Program-made: the position numbers and the translations under genes
NCBI RefSeq assembly: GCF_009914755.1
Contig: NC_060934.1
Strand: one strand, 5' to 3'
From: the human T2T-CHM13v2.0 reference genome, Homo sapiens
Length of the DNA stretch: 64,000 nucleotides
The notes under the pieces: generated by a model
Told to the model about the DNA's origin: nothing
What the model saw: only the letters and a program-made list of their open reading frames with translations
Database searches by the model: none
Part shown: in pieces, positions 27,368 to 42,139 of the stretch
Layout of the letters: each line of letters opens with the position of its first letter
How positions within the stretch are numbered: the stretch's first letter is position 1

Positions 27368-27602
27368 CCAATCCTTGACTATACTATGAAGCACATTAGA
27401 GCTCAGAAAAGCAGCAGCACTTCTCTCCTCCGTTCCCGTTCTCACCTTGATCACAGCCCTGAAGATTTGCCAGCAGAAGTAAAGAAGTAATTGTTCCTGC
27501 AGATTACAGCTCTGCTATTCAATAAGGGAGAGTCTATTCCTCATCCCCTGGGGACAGAGGAACATGGAAAGTAAAGTAGGGAGATTTTAAACCTTTTTTT
27601 GA

Positions 27603-27977
<375 letters not shown>

Positions 27978-28254
27978 TAAAATTACTCGAGTCTTTCAAA
28001 CTCAAGAGGGCCTTAGGGACTCTTGAGTCCAAACTGCTTCAATTTATAAAAAATGGTTGCTGAGGCCCTGAGACACCACACAAAGTCGAGAAGGACAGAG
28101 TTGAGTTCACTCCTCCTGTAAGGGAATCTTCTTGCTTTCCAAATTCTTTCTGTTAATGACTGTTCGTTGAGCGCTTACTACATGGTGTCAGTCATTCTAT
28201 GGTTCTATGTCCTGTGTCCTCAGTGGTGGAAAATCCAGGCAAAATCCCTATCCT

Positions 28255-28420
28255 AACATAGCTTATCATGTGCCAGACTCTGTTCTAAGTAGCTGATGTG
28301 TGTTAACACATTTTCGCCTATCAACCACCCTATCCACATTTTACAAATGGGGAGATTGGGCCCAGGAAGGAAGTGGCAAAGCTTGGATTCGAATGTGAGA
28401 ATCTGGCTCAGGGGCTCACA
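28255..28420 (-). mobile_element. MIR fragment
   Basis: TGTGCCAGACTCTGTTCTAAG...CATTTTACAAATGGGGAGATTG. Confidence 0.55.
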
Positions 28421-28684
28421 CCCTTAATGATGAATATTGCCTACGTGCATGTGCATATAGATATGTATTTATTTATTCTTACAGTGATCTTCTAATACAG
28501 TCCTCTTGAAACTGAACCCCCAGACCCTTCATATTATATTACACTACCTTGGAAAAGACAATCAGCCTCGATAGGGGTAGATGTCTTCTGGTGGTCACCT
28601 CATATTAGAAATCTACTTCCTGCAGTCCACATCTTTCACTAAACAGGTGCATTCTAGCTTTCAGTTCTATCATCAGAGTTCTAG

Positions 28685-28835
28685 AAAGCACTTTCATCTA
28701 TTTTCCTTGAGCCTCAGCACAATCCTTTGAAGCAAATAACATGACCTGTGCTTCACAGATGAACATGTAGGGGCTCAGAAATGTTAGGTGGCTTCCCCAC
28801 GTCACTCAGCATAGCTGGAATTCATGCCTGGTACT
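28685..28835 (-). mobile_element. MIR fragment
   Basis: TTCACAGATGAAC...GGCTCAGAAATGTTAGGTGGCTTCCCCACGTCACTCAGC. Confidence 0.55.
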
Positions 28836-29196
28836 CTGTCCCCAAGGCTGGAGGCTCGCCTTCTGTTAGGATCAGAGGATAAGTTGATTCAAAGAGAAAC
28901 AAGTTGTCCCTTTCTGGATGAAAGCAAGGTATTACTGACCTGGATGGAGGCTGTCAAAGGTTTAACTGGGCAAGGACAGTGGATCACTATCTCATGTGCC
29001 AGTTAAGAGCAGATTTCCCAAAGCTTTTTCTTATTCCCATTAATTTTTTAATGTATCCAATTGGAGAAACAGGAAGATTCCCTGACTAGTAATAGTAACT
29101 GGACCATATGAGGCATGAATGAAATAAAGCATTCTTCTCAGGGAATGTCTGATTCTCCTACTTCATTCTTTGTTCCTACACAGAAGTAGAGCTTTA

Positions 29197-29571
<375 letters not shown>

Positions 29572-29699
29572 TCAATTAGGATAAGGTATAGGCAGCCATC
29601 GACTTCCTGGAAACATATTCGTTGGCTTCCGTAAAAACCAGGTGTGAACAACTTTTACCCTCTCCTTCCCTCTCTCCCCCTCTCTCTTCTTTTCTTCTT

Positions 29700-29850
29700 T
29701 CATATATGTATATATATGCATATATGAGATATGATACAAATTGTAAATATATATGAAATACATATACATTTACAATGATATATGTGTGTATATGTGTGTA
29801 TATATACATATGTAGAATATATATACGTGTGTATATATATATGTATATAG
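29700..29850. repeat. TA/TG-rich low-complexity tract
   Basis: Read directly from the sequence. Confidence 0.85.
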
Positions 29851-30481
29851 ATCCTTGTAACTATTTTATTAAGAAAATATAATTGAGAAATTTGAATAGC
29901 TTTTTGGTCACTGAACTATTTCTGTTTCTTGCATGTACGAAAAATGACAAAATGGAGTCACAAATCTTTTATGCTAAAATTATATCACAGCCTGTTTGGG
30001 GAGGCCGAGAGGGCCTTTTTTAAAATTTTTATTTTTTAATCATTGGTGAAACTGCTCCGGAAATGATGTGTAGCTGACGTATAACCTCATTCCAGCAATG
30101 GGGAGGGGAGGCACAAGGGAAAACCAAACCTTCGGTCTCCAGGCTGATGTGGTCTGTATTCTGTTATTTCTGTAAGGTGCTTCCCGGTGTTGACTTTTAC
30201 TTACAGTGCACGTGTAGCAATAGTTCCACCTGTGATCTCACGGCAGAAAAGCATACCTCTTTGAGAACCATCGAGAACACTTCACAGCAACAAGAGCTAT
30301 GACCTTTGACATTAAATAAACAGGACTAAACAAACCTCTCCTTGAGCGGGTATGACCTCAGATTTCTTTCTGTACCCTTCTAACGAATCTGAGCGGAGTT
30401 CTCGAAGCATGAATGCCCCGCAGATACCTTCAAACAGTCTTTGTTGTTTTGTTTATTGCACTCGTTACAGCATAAGTAATT

Positions 30482-30820
30482 ATTTTTTACTTTGAAAAAA
30501 TGTTGGTAAAAAAACACCTAACATGAGATCGACCCCCTAATAGATTTTTAAATGTACACTACAGTATTGTTCACAATAAGCACTGCATTGTACAGCAGAT
30601 CTCTAGAACTTTCTCATCTTGCGTAACTGAAACTTTACACCCATTAAATAACAACTCCCCTTTCCCCCGCCCCCGAACCCTGACAGCCACCACTCCATTC
30701 TCTGCTTCTGTGAGTTTGACTGCTTTAGATACCTCACGGAAAGCAATACGGAGGCTCCTCAAAAAATTAAAAATAGAACCCCGAGATCATCCAGCAGTCC
30801 CACTTCTGCATATTTATCCA
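30482..30820 (-). mobile_element. Old L1M (MA/MB-type) insertion with a 5' inversion
   Basis: Antisense 3' end at 30482-30736 is joined to a sense ORF2-end fragment at 30738-30820; TSD CAGCA(T/C)AAGTAATT. Confidence 0.8.
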
Positions 30821-31207
30821 GCACAAGTAATTTAACGTCTGTGTTAACAGTCCCCTGAAAAAGCCTGTTCACTTTCAGCAGATTTGGAATGACCTTTGGG
30901 CGGGGCCATGAGTCCATTTGCAGGGAGGTAAACAATCTCACTGCTTGAACTCTAAGAAGTGAAACCTCGTTTAAATTATTTTATGAGCATTTTCCCTTAA
31001 TGGAAAGGGAAAGTGCTATTTCAACATGAACACGTTAAAACTCAACAAATTAAAGAGGGGAAAATAATGAAACAATGTCGGGGGCATGAGTTCTCACTTG
31101 GGAAAAATAAACTAGAAATCACATTTTATAGACCTGTAATATTTTCAGTACCATTCAACAATGATTTCAATAGGCCCTCTACGGGTTTATAAGAAATACC
31201 AGCTGAG

Positions 31208-31535
<328 letters not shown>

Positions 31536-32029
31536 TTAAGAATAATACAATACATCTATTTTTAGGAGTAAATGGTCCACAGCTTGATCACTGCAAGGTA
31601 TGAGAGGTGCATTCACGTCTCAGCTTTAAAAATTTATCTAAGAACAGCAACAACAATAACAAATACTCCTTCTTCTTCTTCCTTTGAAGAGAAAAAGGTC
31701 TGACTTCCATTTGTGAAAGTAGAAGAGAAAGGCATTCTGTTTTCCCTTCTTTGACCGTTTTCCTCAGATGAAAACGTAATACACACCTTAACCTAAACAC
31801 CTGTGTGGCCACCATCACATTTATGTTCATTGCTTTTACTTCTTTGCTTCTTAGGGGTGTTGTGTCAGAAAGAGAGACTTGACTTTTACTGGTGTTTTCC
31901 ATTTGTTAGTTTTCTCTTTAATTTCCTTAGAGTCATTTTCAGAGTCATGAATTACTATTCGACCCTTTCATGTTCATCTGCCACCCTCTGTTTAGGACAT
32001 ACATCTTCTCAGTAGCACATCACAGTTTC

Positions 32030-32125
32030 TGGCCTGAGTTTTAGTCCAAGTCCTGCTAACTAGCTGTGTGGCTTTAGACAAGTGACTTCATCTTTCTGGG
32101 TCTCTGTTTTCTCATCTCTGAACTA
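32030..32125 (+). mobile_element. MIR fragment
   Basis: CTAGCTGTGTGGCTTTAGACAAGTGACTTCATCTTTCTGGGTCTCTGTTTTCTCATCT. Confidence 0.65.
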
Positions 32126-32400
32126 TAGGCGTTAGGCTGGAAAGACAACGCCTAAGTTCCTTTGAAATCTAAAAATTGTTATGATGTTGTGAGGCCTGGT
32201 GTCCATTGCAGGCTGGGGACTGGCCCTGGTACCACGGACGTGGCATTACAAGATTTTATTTCAACAACTGGACCTCATGGGTAAGTTTGCTAGAGAAAAA
32301 GGGAGAGGGCGAGATGGATGCATTTCTTGAGAGAAGAATTCAATTTTAACCCAATGTTGTAGACAGTATTTTCACACGGTTGCTTAAGGCAAGTGCTCTC

Positions 32401-32755
<355 letters not shown>

Positions 32756-33759
32756 GATTGCTATAATTTTATAAAGGTAGCAATCAGTCTCGTTCAACTC
32801 TAGATCTGTACAAAAATATGTTGAAGAATAAATCCCTCAGTGTTAGAGAGCATTTGAAATTCCTCTTCTTAATTAGAAAGTGCTCACAGATACGGCAAAT
32901 TATTAATATCCATCTGGAGACGTTCCCCCGTAATTTCTGAGCCCCATAGTGGCCATTGTCCCTCTTCAATGGTAAGAATGGGGAATTCAAATGATTGTTG
33001 GTAATTTTTGACTTGTATCAATACAGTCTCAGCTGTTTTCCTTAAAAACTCACAGAAGACCTGTAGTTCACCTTTCTTTGGAGGTGAGGGAGAGAGAGTA
33101 GCAATGGGAGGAGGATGACAATTCGTTTTCGTTATTAAGTTTTAGTTTATTAAAATATGATATCAATTGTTTAATAATCTGTGAAAGTGAATGCCAGGTG
33201 TTACGCATTGGGTAGAGTCAGGTTAGTATTTGGGAGATGATTGGCCAGAATTCAGTTCATAGGCTCTTCTGTTAAAAAGTAGATAATGTCAAGAGGTACA
33301 ATGAAGTTTGATTAATTCCTGAGTCCTAAGCAGAGCCTGCCTGTTAGCACATTTTTAAAGTGGAAGCTTAGAGGGCTTCTAGATGCCGCTGGTTTGACAT
33401 TTCTTTGGGATGGGAAGATGTGATTAGATTCACATAATATAACCCTGTTTGAAAGGTGTAGCAACATGACATAGCGGAAAAAATGTGGGCTCTTGCTCTG
33501 ATTTTATGATATAATGAATGAATCCCATCTTCTATCTTCTCTTTGTAAAATGAATATACTGTTTACCATACAAGGTGTTGTCAGAATTCAATTATTAATG
33601 TATGTAACTGCTCAAAATATGTTATACCCTTTCACTCTCCTTTTAAGAGGGTGGGTGGATTGGGTAAAAATGTATATACTACAAATTGGCAATTAGATAT
33701 TCTAATTTTGTCTTTGCTAATCAATTTATTTGAAACCCCCATTCCCCAGTGTTGCAGTA

Positions 33760-35650
33760 GGAAGTCAGATAAGAAGGCAGATTGGTATCACTCTAATATT
33801 TATAAATTAATGTCACTGGCCTCAAATGGGCTGTTACAGCTCCGTCATCCCTTTATGTTTCTTGGGTCAGCTCATTCTCCCACTTTACATAATGCTATTT
33901 CAAATACTTTCTACTCTTAGAACCTCTGATCAATCTTCCTCCCTCTGCCCCATCCCATCCTGGTTCTTCTATGCCAACGAATGACCTTGACTCTATCCCA
34001 ACAAATGACCTTGATATGATAAATAAAAACAAACAGATGGGAACTTCTTCAGCTTCTCAGTATCCAAACATGAAAATTTTTTTTTATCTACATCTATTAT
34101 TTCTTCTTTCTCTTCTGGACAATAGAGGTTTCCTTTCTCCGAGCTAAAACCAGTCTCTTCATCTTTGGTTTGCATCCCATCCACTCCCACTTTCTTAAGA
34201 AACTTACATTATTGATGATCCCTTCTTTTCCCTACATATTCAACATCCCTCTCTTTAACAAGATCTTCCTGTTGGCATTTAATTATAGTTACTTCTCTCA
34301 AGGTTTCAAAGGCCTCCTCCTGAAACTCTCTCCTTCATTTCTCTCCTTCTCTTCCAGTTACCATCTTTAAAGTGTTCTTTATATTCAGTGTCCACATTTC
34401 CTCACCTCCTACTCACTCAACCAAATCCCATGGCTCTGCTGAGTTAGCTTTCTTAGAGTTACCAGAGATCTCCATGTTGCTAAAGCCAATAGTCTTTTTT
34501 TTTTTCCTGTTATCTCTTCTTGAATATTGTAAAGACACTTCTGGCTCAACATGTCTAAAACTGAAGCCGAAATCTTCTCCTTGAATCCTGATTTTCTTTT
34601 GCCCAAAACTGCTTCTTGTTCTTAGAATATGGTACCTTTGTTAGGCTGTTCTTGCATTGCTATAAAGAAATACCTGTGACTGGGTAATTTATAAAGAAAG
34701 GAAGTTTAATTGGCCCATGGTTCTGCAGGATGTAGAGGAAGGATGGCGCTGACATCTGCTAGGCTTCTGGGGAGGCCTCAGGGAGCTTCCAAGCATGGCA
34801 GAAGGTGAAGGGGGAGCAGACACTTCACATGACCAGAATAGGAACAAGAGAGAGAGACAGGGAGGTGCTACACACTTTTAAACAACCAGATCTCATATGA
34901 ACTCTTTTAAACAACCAGATCTCATGAGAACTCACTCACTATTGCAAAGACATCACCAAGCCATGAGGGATCCACCCCTATAACCCAAACACCTCCCGCT
35001 AGATTTCATCTCCAACATTGGGGATTACAACTCAACATGAGATTTAGGTGGGGACAAATATCCACACTACGTCAGCACCAGTTGCTCTTAATTCTTCTCT
35101 CTTTCTGACCTTTCCATGTGTAGTGCAATATTGTATCCTCCTGATTTCACCTTCCATATATCTCGTGGATCCATCCACTCCTTCCCATGTCTACAGCCTT
35201 CTTATTATCCAATCTTCTCTATCACAGACCATTGCAGTGATTCCCTAACTGATCTCCATGCACTCTCCAAGCTACTCTCAACAGTGGAGCCAAAGTGATC
35301 TTTCTGAAATATAAATTCCATCATGATGCCCTCTTGCTGAAAATACAATAGCTTTTCATTGCTCTTAGGATACAGGATCATGCTGTTTCTGATGTCTGAA
35401 ATGCTCTTGTCTCTTTAGGCAACTTTAAATGGATTCTTTTAAGATATGACTTCACATATGACTTTGCTGAACCACTCTGGACTCCCCAAATCAAAGTTGG
35501 TAATAACTGTTCTTATCACTAAGGTGATTTCATGTCTGTGTGATTATCAGATTTATTTAGAAAGACATCATTCCTTGCCAGTGTGGTTCATGTGTCTTTG
35601 GCTTATCACTGAATCCCTCCATGAGAAAATAAATAAATGAATGAATAACA
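33760..35650 (+). mobile_element. Degenerate L2, interrupted by the LTR at 34637-35074
   Basis: L2-like CT-rich sequence (CTCAACATGTCTAAAACTGAA) ending AATAAATAAATGAATGAAT. Confidence 0.55.
34637..35074 (-). mobile_element. Solo MST-type MaLR LTR with an internal ~29 bp tandem duplication
   Basis: TTAGGCTGTTCTTGCATTGCTATAAAGAAATACC...CCACACTACGTCA; 5 bp TSD GTACC/GCACC; TTTTAAACAACCAGATCTCAT occurs twice at ~34877-34925. Confidence 0.9.
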
Positions 35651-35789
35651 TATTTTATGAAAACCATATACTTTCTTAGGAGAAAGACAGAAAAAAAGAG
35701 ATTAGAAGCAATTTCTTAGGACTGTTTGATCAAAATGCAGGCATTTTCCTCTCCATTGGTAGAGACAAGTAGCTGTCTCCTACACATTC

Positions 35790-36390
35790 ATGTCCCTCTT
35801 TGATAATTTGGAGGGATTGCTGAGAAGCTGTTGCCTTGCAAGAGACCACATCTCCCAAGTCCCTAGCACTGAAGTATGCCACGTGATTAGCTGTTGCCAA
35901 TGAGATGTGAGTGGAAGTTAACATGTTTAATTTCTAGGACAAAGATTTTAGGAAGCAGCTGTGCCTTTTTTCCCTGTTAACAGCTGTAATTAGAGGACTC
36001 TGAGACCCTAGAGGATGGTGGAGGCACAAAGTGGAAGCAATGCAAACCTCTGAATTACCACAAGGAAGAGAGATGACCACTAACCAGTGATTCTCACATT
36101 GACTATTACACGAACAAGAGTTGATCAGCAATTACAGGGAAAGGGGTGGCAAATATGGCCCCCCACCTATTTTTATAAATAGTTTGTTATATGTGGCTGA
36201 TTTTGTTCTGTAACAGCAGAGTTGAGTAGTCACAACAGAGACTGCACAGCCCTCAGTGATGAAAATATGTACTATCTTGTCCTTTACCAAAAAAAGTTTG
36301 TCAACACCTGGTCTATTATGCTAAAAACTGTAATTCTTAGAATAATTGGGGGTTACTTGTTGTAGTAATGAGCATTACGCTAACTAGTAT
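35790..36390 (+). mobile_element. MLT1-type LTR split by MER58
   Basis: CACATCTCCCAAGTCCC...GCCAATGAGATGTGAGTGGAAGT; resumes after 36310 to ...CTAACTAGTATA. Confidence 0.55.
36135..36310. mobile_element. MER58-like hAT DNA transposon
   Basis: GGGGTGGCAAA...GCAGAGTTGAGTAGT...AAAAAAGTTTGTCAACACCTG. Confidence 0.75.
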
Positions 36391-36659
36391 ACCTCCTTAA
36401 GTATAAGTATTATACTTAGCTGTATCCATTTACTAATCGATGTGTTCTCTCAGCATGTATTTACTGAACATTTAATATGTTCTTGGTATTGGGAATATTA
36501 AGGTGAATGAGACATGGTCCCTGCTTTTAAGAAACTTAGAGTTTTGATAGGGAGATCAGTGTATCTATTGAAAATTAAAATAGTGGCACAATGGTAGTAA
36601 ATATTAGATGCTAATAACACATGCAGGAAGGGTACTTATCCCAGACTTGGGAAAGGTAG

Positions 36660-37070
36660 GTGCTGCAGGTCAAATACCCTAAGAAGCAGACACTGAGATG
36701 GAGGTTAGTATGCAAGAGGTTCCTGGTAGATTGCTCTCGGGACCAAAACCTGCAGGGGAAGAGAAGAAAGCAGGATTAGGCAGAGGGAGAAGTTGGGCAG
36801 CCATATCTTCACAACAAAAGCCTCAGCCAAACCCATTGGGAGCCATGAGCCTGAAGTGATCCTTCAGAGTTGGAGCAAGGGGCTGGGACCTTCCTGCATC
36901 AAGCAGTCATTGGCTGCAGGCTGCCCTTTCCAAGGAAGGAGTGAGACTTTGTGTCAGGAGCTGCTGTTTAGTTGAGTGTTCTTCCTGAAGAGAAGGCTGA
37001 CAACAGGACTCTCAGCAGCTGGGAAGTAAGTTTTTCCATCCTGAAGGGGCCATCTGCATGGTGCACACTG
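36660..37070 (-). mobile_element. MLT1-type LTR inserted in an L2 fragment
   Basis: AGAAGCAGACACTGAGATGGAG start motif; L2-like flanks at 36440-36660 and 37070-37260. Confidence 0.55.
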
Positions 37071-37956
37071 AGGCTACCCTGGAAGTGTTCTGGGATAAAT
37101 CCATGGGGAAAGTGACATCTAAGCTTAAATCTCAACTTTGAGCAGGAATTTTCACCTTGCAAAAGGTGGGGGTCGGAATGGACTGTGAATGTTCTAGGAA
37201 GAGAGAATAATACATTCACATCACTAAAAACGAAAGAGAATATAGGAAGATTGGAAACAGAAATTCCACACCATTGACCAGTATGGCTTTCCATGAGGGT
37301 TCTTTCTCACCTTGATCAGATTCGGATGGAGGGAGACAGGGAAGCTGGCGACGGGTGTGACTCTCGTTAATTTGCAATTGCAGAATACCTACATTTCAGA
37401 GAGCTCTAGGTCATAATTAAAATGATCTTACATTTTAAAAACTAAGTATTCACTCTATAGGTACAATTTAACTAAGCCTGCTGTCTGGAGCAGCTTTTAC
37501 AAGATCTATATTAGAAATGTGATATCTTATTCTCACATAGTTTGAGTTAATTATCTCGAGCCAGTGGTTCTTCATCCAAATCATGATTTCTCTATTCCCT
37601 GGAATTCTCCATTCTGCTTAGAAACCTATCTGCTACTTACCAAGCAACCTTGATTGACTGGTGCACATGTGAGTGGAATAGTCAAATCCTCCACCCAAGA
37701 GAAAACAGCCATTCTATGATTTTTAAAACACAAACTTAGGACATATTTGAACAATTAGGCAGGGTAAATGGTAAAGTGATTGGGCTTACAGTTCAAAACA
37801 ACTAAATGTTGTTCAGTAACCTAAAACAGATGAGTGATTTGCCTTTGCAGCAGACGTGCTTTGCAAAATGTGTTTGTTGTAAATGTCCAGGAAGGATCTT
37901 TGTACATATTTTAAATCCTACATTTAAATTCTATAGTCCCTTTACAGTTCAAGTGC

Positions 37957-38126
37957 TGTATTAGTCCGTTTTGACACTGCTATAAGGAAATACTTGAGAC
38001 TGGGTAATTTATAAAGGAAAGAGGTTTAATTGACTCATAGTTCTGCATGGCTAGGGAGGCCTCAGGAAACTTACAGTCGTGGTGGAAGGGGAAGAAGCAC
38101 ATCTTACAAGGTGGCAGGCAAGAGAA
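37957..38126 (-). mobile_element. Truncated THE1-type LTR
   Basis: TGTATTAGTCCGTTTT...GGGAGGCCTCAGGAAACTTACA; stops abruptly at about 38126. Confidence 0.88.
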
Positions 38127-38708
38127 ATATATCACTTATCAGATTCCTTGAGCTGATAAATTGTGAATCTTTGTCTAAACTTCTGGCCATCACCTTTTTT
38201 TTTTTTTTAATCATTGCATTGACTTTGTTGTATTCTATTTTATTGTACTGTAATGTATTGCAGTTTATGATATTCAATTTACATCAAGATTGAAATTTAG
38301 AAATCATATATGTATTAGAATGTTTTATGAACAAAATATTTAATACTGTGTAATAAATATACAAGTAGCTATATTTTTTAAAAATGCTGATTACGTGCTA
38401 TTTGTTTGTAGAGTAACATAAATGCAAGTATGAAGACAAAAACAAACATCCTCTAACCATTCACTCACCTCAAGACTAGAATATTAGAAATTTGAGCTGG
38501 CCTGTATGCCTCTACCTGATCTAATTGTTTCTCTAACAACAATAGCAATAGCAATCTTGTATCATTTGTATTATACAAGTTGGTTTTATGGTATTTCTTT
38601 TAAAGGCAGACATTTTGTAGACACAGTTATGAATACTCAAGGTACTAACTGTTTTCCAAAGTCACATAAATTGTTAGAGCCAAAATAAAAAAATAATCAC
38701 ATACATAG

Positions 38709-39100
<392 letters not shown>

Positions 39101-40887
39101 CGATGCTGACGTCTTTTCATAAACTGAAATATAGTTTTGGGGGCCGAAAAAGAAGAGCTCTCATAGTCTCTGAATATGACAAAACTAGAATAATTGTTTC
39201 AAAAGACTCCCAGAGAAAAATATGTCAAAAGTTCCTTCAGGAAGTTATTTCAGGACCTAATAATTCTTCCATAAATACTTCCTTTACTCCATTTAGTTTC
39301 TTCCTGCTGAAGTTTATGCTCATTTCCTCTAATTTCCTTCTGTCCAAAATGAGGAGCGTTCGCCATTCTCTACTTTACATTTCCTTCTTTTTGTGATAAT
39401 CACTTCTGAGCTTACTCAGTGTCACTTCATGCACACTGATTCCATGAAAAAAGTGTGGTCCTATTATACTATATGCCTTAATGATTTCTTCTTCAGGCTG
39501 AAGATGTACTCTGTTTAGCTGCCACTGAAGATAATATTATTTAAACTTATGAGCTATCTTTATTATTTTTTCCTGGTTATTTGCTAGTATTTTTACATTT
39601 CTTGTAAGTTAAGAAAAAGAAATCCTTTTAGGTTACTGAGAAATCAACACTTTCTTGGCCATAGCTTTTCTTATTCCAAGCCTGGAAAAAACCTCCTGAC
39701 CACCCCACCTCTGGGCTATCCATTCTTTTCTATACTAGGTGTCTAATGATGAGGCCGGTGGTTAATTGTTCCTTTCTAGTTTGTTTTGAGTTATAATTTT
39801 GAATAACTTCTGCTCTTCTTTTAAAATGGAATAGACATTTAATCTGTCTTGATTGATAGATCCAATCAAAAGCAGGTCAATGATTTCAATATTTATAAAT
39901 ATTTATCACTTTAAAGGAACACGATAAAGATATTCAAGCAAATTCTGATTTATGCACTAACATTTAGTAAATATATTATCAGAAAGCGATGATAACAACA
40001 GTAACAAGAAAAGCAGCAGCAGCAACAACAGAAACCTACTCAAACCAACAACCTTGAATAACTCGTCAAATACTCTTTGATTCAGGGGGAAAAAAGAGCG
40101 TGAAGAAATTTTCCCATCTACCCTTCTACCATTCCTTCTCATGATAATGTCTGGTTTTGATGTATTTGTCAAATTCCACTATACATTGAGTTTTTCTAAC
40201 TAGTTACGCAAGGTATTATGTCTGAGTTGAATTGAATCTTTTTTTTTTTTTTTGCCTTAAAAATCAGTTTGCTACAGTATCACTGGAATCAACTGAACTG
40301 TTCCTGTTTAGAAAAAAAAAAACACTCTTTGGGGCAATTTGAGCTTTGGTTAGATTGCTTACTGCTTCCTGCATTTCTAGACAGATTTTCAAATTTCTCC
40401 CACCCCATGCTGACTGGCATAACAATAGGTTTTATTGTCAAGTGTGCTGAGGTGTCAGACTACTAATTCCAGGGCTGGAGCCTCTGCGGTTCTGTTTCTG
40501 AAGACATAGGTGTTCTCCCTGAATCCAGTCTGCCTCCTCCCTGCCCACCTCCAGGCTTGCAGGTGTCTGTAAAGCACTGTACAAACATCATAAAGTCAAT
40601 CATTAGTCAAGTGTCACTCAGTGCAAATGAGCTGATGGTCATCTCACATAGTTATGTAGAACACCTGCTATTAGTAGTTTTAGCACCCCTAAATAAAAAA
40701 ATAAATTTCAGCCACTTTTTGAAGGCATGATAGCAAACCTTTTAGCTGCAAATAACACAGAGAAGAATGTAAAAATGAAATAGAGATGGACATATATACA
40801 AAGGATTTAGTCTGTTGGAGAAGACTCTTCCAGAGGAACAGCAGAAGGTAACTCAAATTCATCTCATTTAAAGACAAGGGTTTTCTT

Positions 40888-41476
40888 TTTTTTCTTTTTT
40901 TTTTTTTAAATTATACTTTAAGTTCTAGGGTATGTGTGCGCAACTTGCAGGTTTGTTACATACGTATACATGTGCCATGATGGTGTGCTGCACCCATTAA
41001 CATGTCATTTACATTAGGTATATCTCCTAATGCTATCCCTCCCCCCTCCCCCAACCCCATGACAGGCCCCGGTGTGTGATGTTCCCCTTCCTGTGTCCAA
41101 GTGTTCTCATTGTTCAGTTCCCACCAATGAGTGAGAACATGCGGTGTTTGGTTTTCTGTCCTTGGAATAGTTTGCTGAGAATGACGGTTTCCAGGTTCAT
41201 CCATGTCCCTACAAAGGACATAAACTCATCCTTTTTTATGGCTGCATAGTATTCCATGGAGTATATGTGCCACATTTTCTTAATCCAGTCTGTCATTGTT
41301 GGACATGTGGATTGGTTCCAAGTCTTTGCTATTGTGAATAGTGCCACAATAAACATACGTGTGCATGTGTCTTTATAGCAGCATGATTTATAATCTTTTG
41401 GGTATATACCCAGTAATGGGATGGCTGGGTCAAATGGTATTTCTAGTTCTAGATCCTTCAGGAATCGCCACACTGT
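40888..41476 (-). mobile_element. 5'-truncated L1PA (about PA4-PA6) 3' end
   Basis: ORF 41114-41539 gives the ORF2 C-terminus (WRFLKDLELEIPFDPAIPLLGIYP); TSD AAAGACAA(G/A)GGTTTTCTT at 40870 and 41477. Confidence 0.97.
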
Positions 41477-41990
41477 AAAGACAAAGGTTTTCTTAGATGC
41501 AATGTCAGTGCATAAACTTCCGTCAGTAGGCTGGGGCAAACCAACAGATTGTGCTCTTAAAAAGTGTGGCCCATTGAATAGAGTATTGGTGGAGAGATAG
41601 AATCTGGGAGGGCTTTTCTAGGAGGTGATATCCGAGAAAGACTTGGAGGGCAGGTAGATTTGGAATGTGAAGGGGTAGAGTTCTGAAGGGAGGTGTCAAG
41701 GACACTCCAGGGAGAGGAGGTAGCACATGCACTGGCATAGACTCAGACTCAGACACTATGGGGCACACGCAGGGTTCAGAGAGCAAGCACATTAGAAAGT
41801 AGAATCTATGTCTGGCAGAGGTCAGAGGCTGATGCTAGCTCCTAGATGACCTAGACTTGATTTGGTAGGCAGTAGGGGAACACTGGAGGGTTATGAAAAG
41901 CGGGTGAGATGACCAGAACTTGGCTTCAGGAAGACTAGCATCATCCAGGTTTTGGCACAGAGACTTACTAACTTTTGTGAAGACAAACCT

Positions 41991-42099
41991 GGCCAGGCAC
42001 CATGACACAATCCCAATATTTTGGGAGGCCGAGGTGGGAGGATTGCTTTAGCCCAGGAGTTAGAGACCAGCCTAGGCAGCATAGTGAAACTCTGTCTCT

Positions 42100-42137
<38 letters not shown>
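41991..42137 (+). mobile_element. FLAM / Alu left monomer with a pure A34 tail
   Basis: Single monomer; TSD AAGACAAACCT. Confidence 0.92.

Positions 42138-42139
<2 letters not shown>

Noticed and set aside
32126-32154. 8 bp-stem hairpin TAGGCGTT...AACGCCTA, and a similar one near 53582
   Set aside because: Too short for a pre-miRNA or structured RNA and expected by chance in 64 kb.
39993-40030. CAA/CAG run suggesting polyglutamine
   Set aside because: Short, impure and not within a supported exon.
41114-41539. 141 aa ORF resembling the reverse-transcriptase protein C-terminus
   Set aside because: L1 ORF2 remnant in a 5'-truncated copy; the same applies to ORFs at 11956, 14007, 61145 and 61346.
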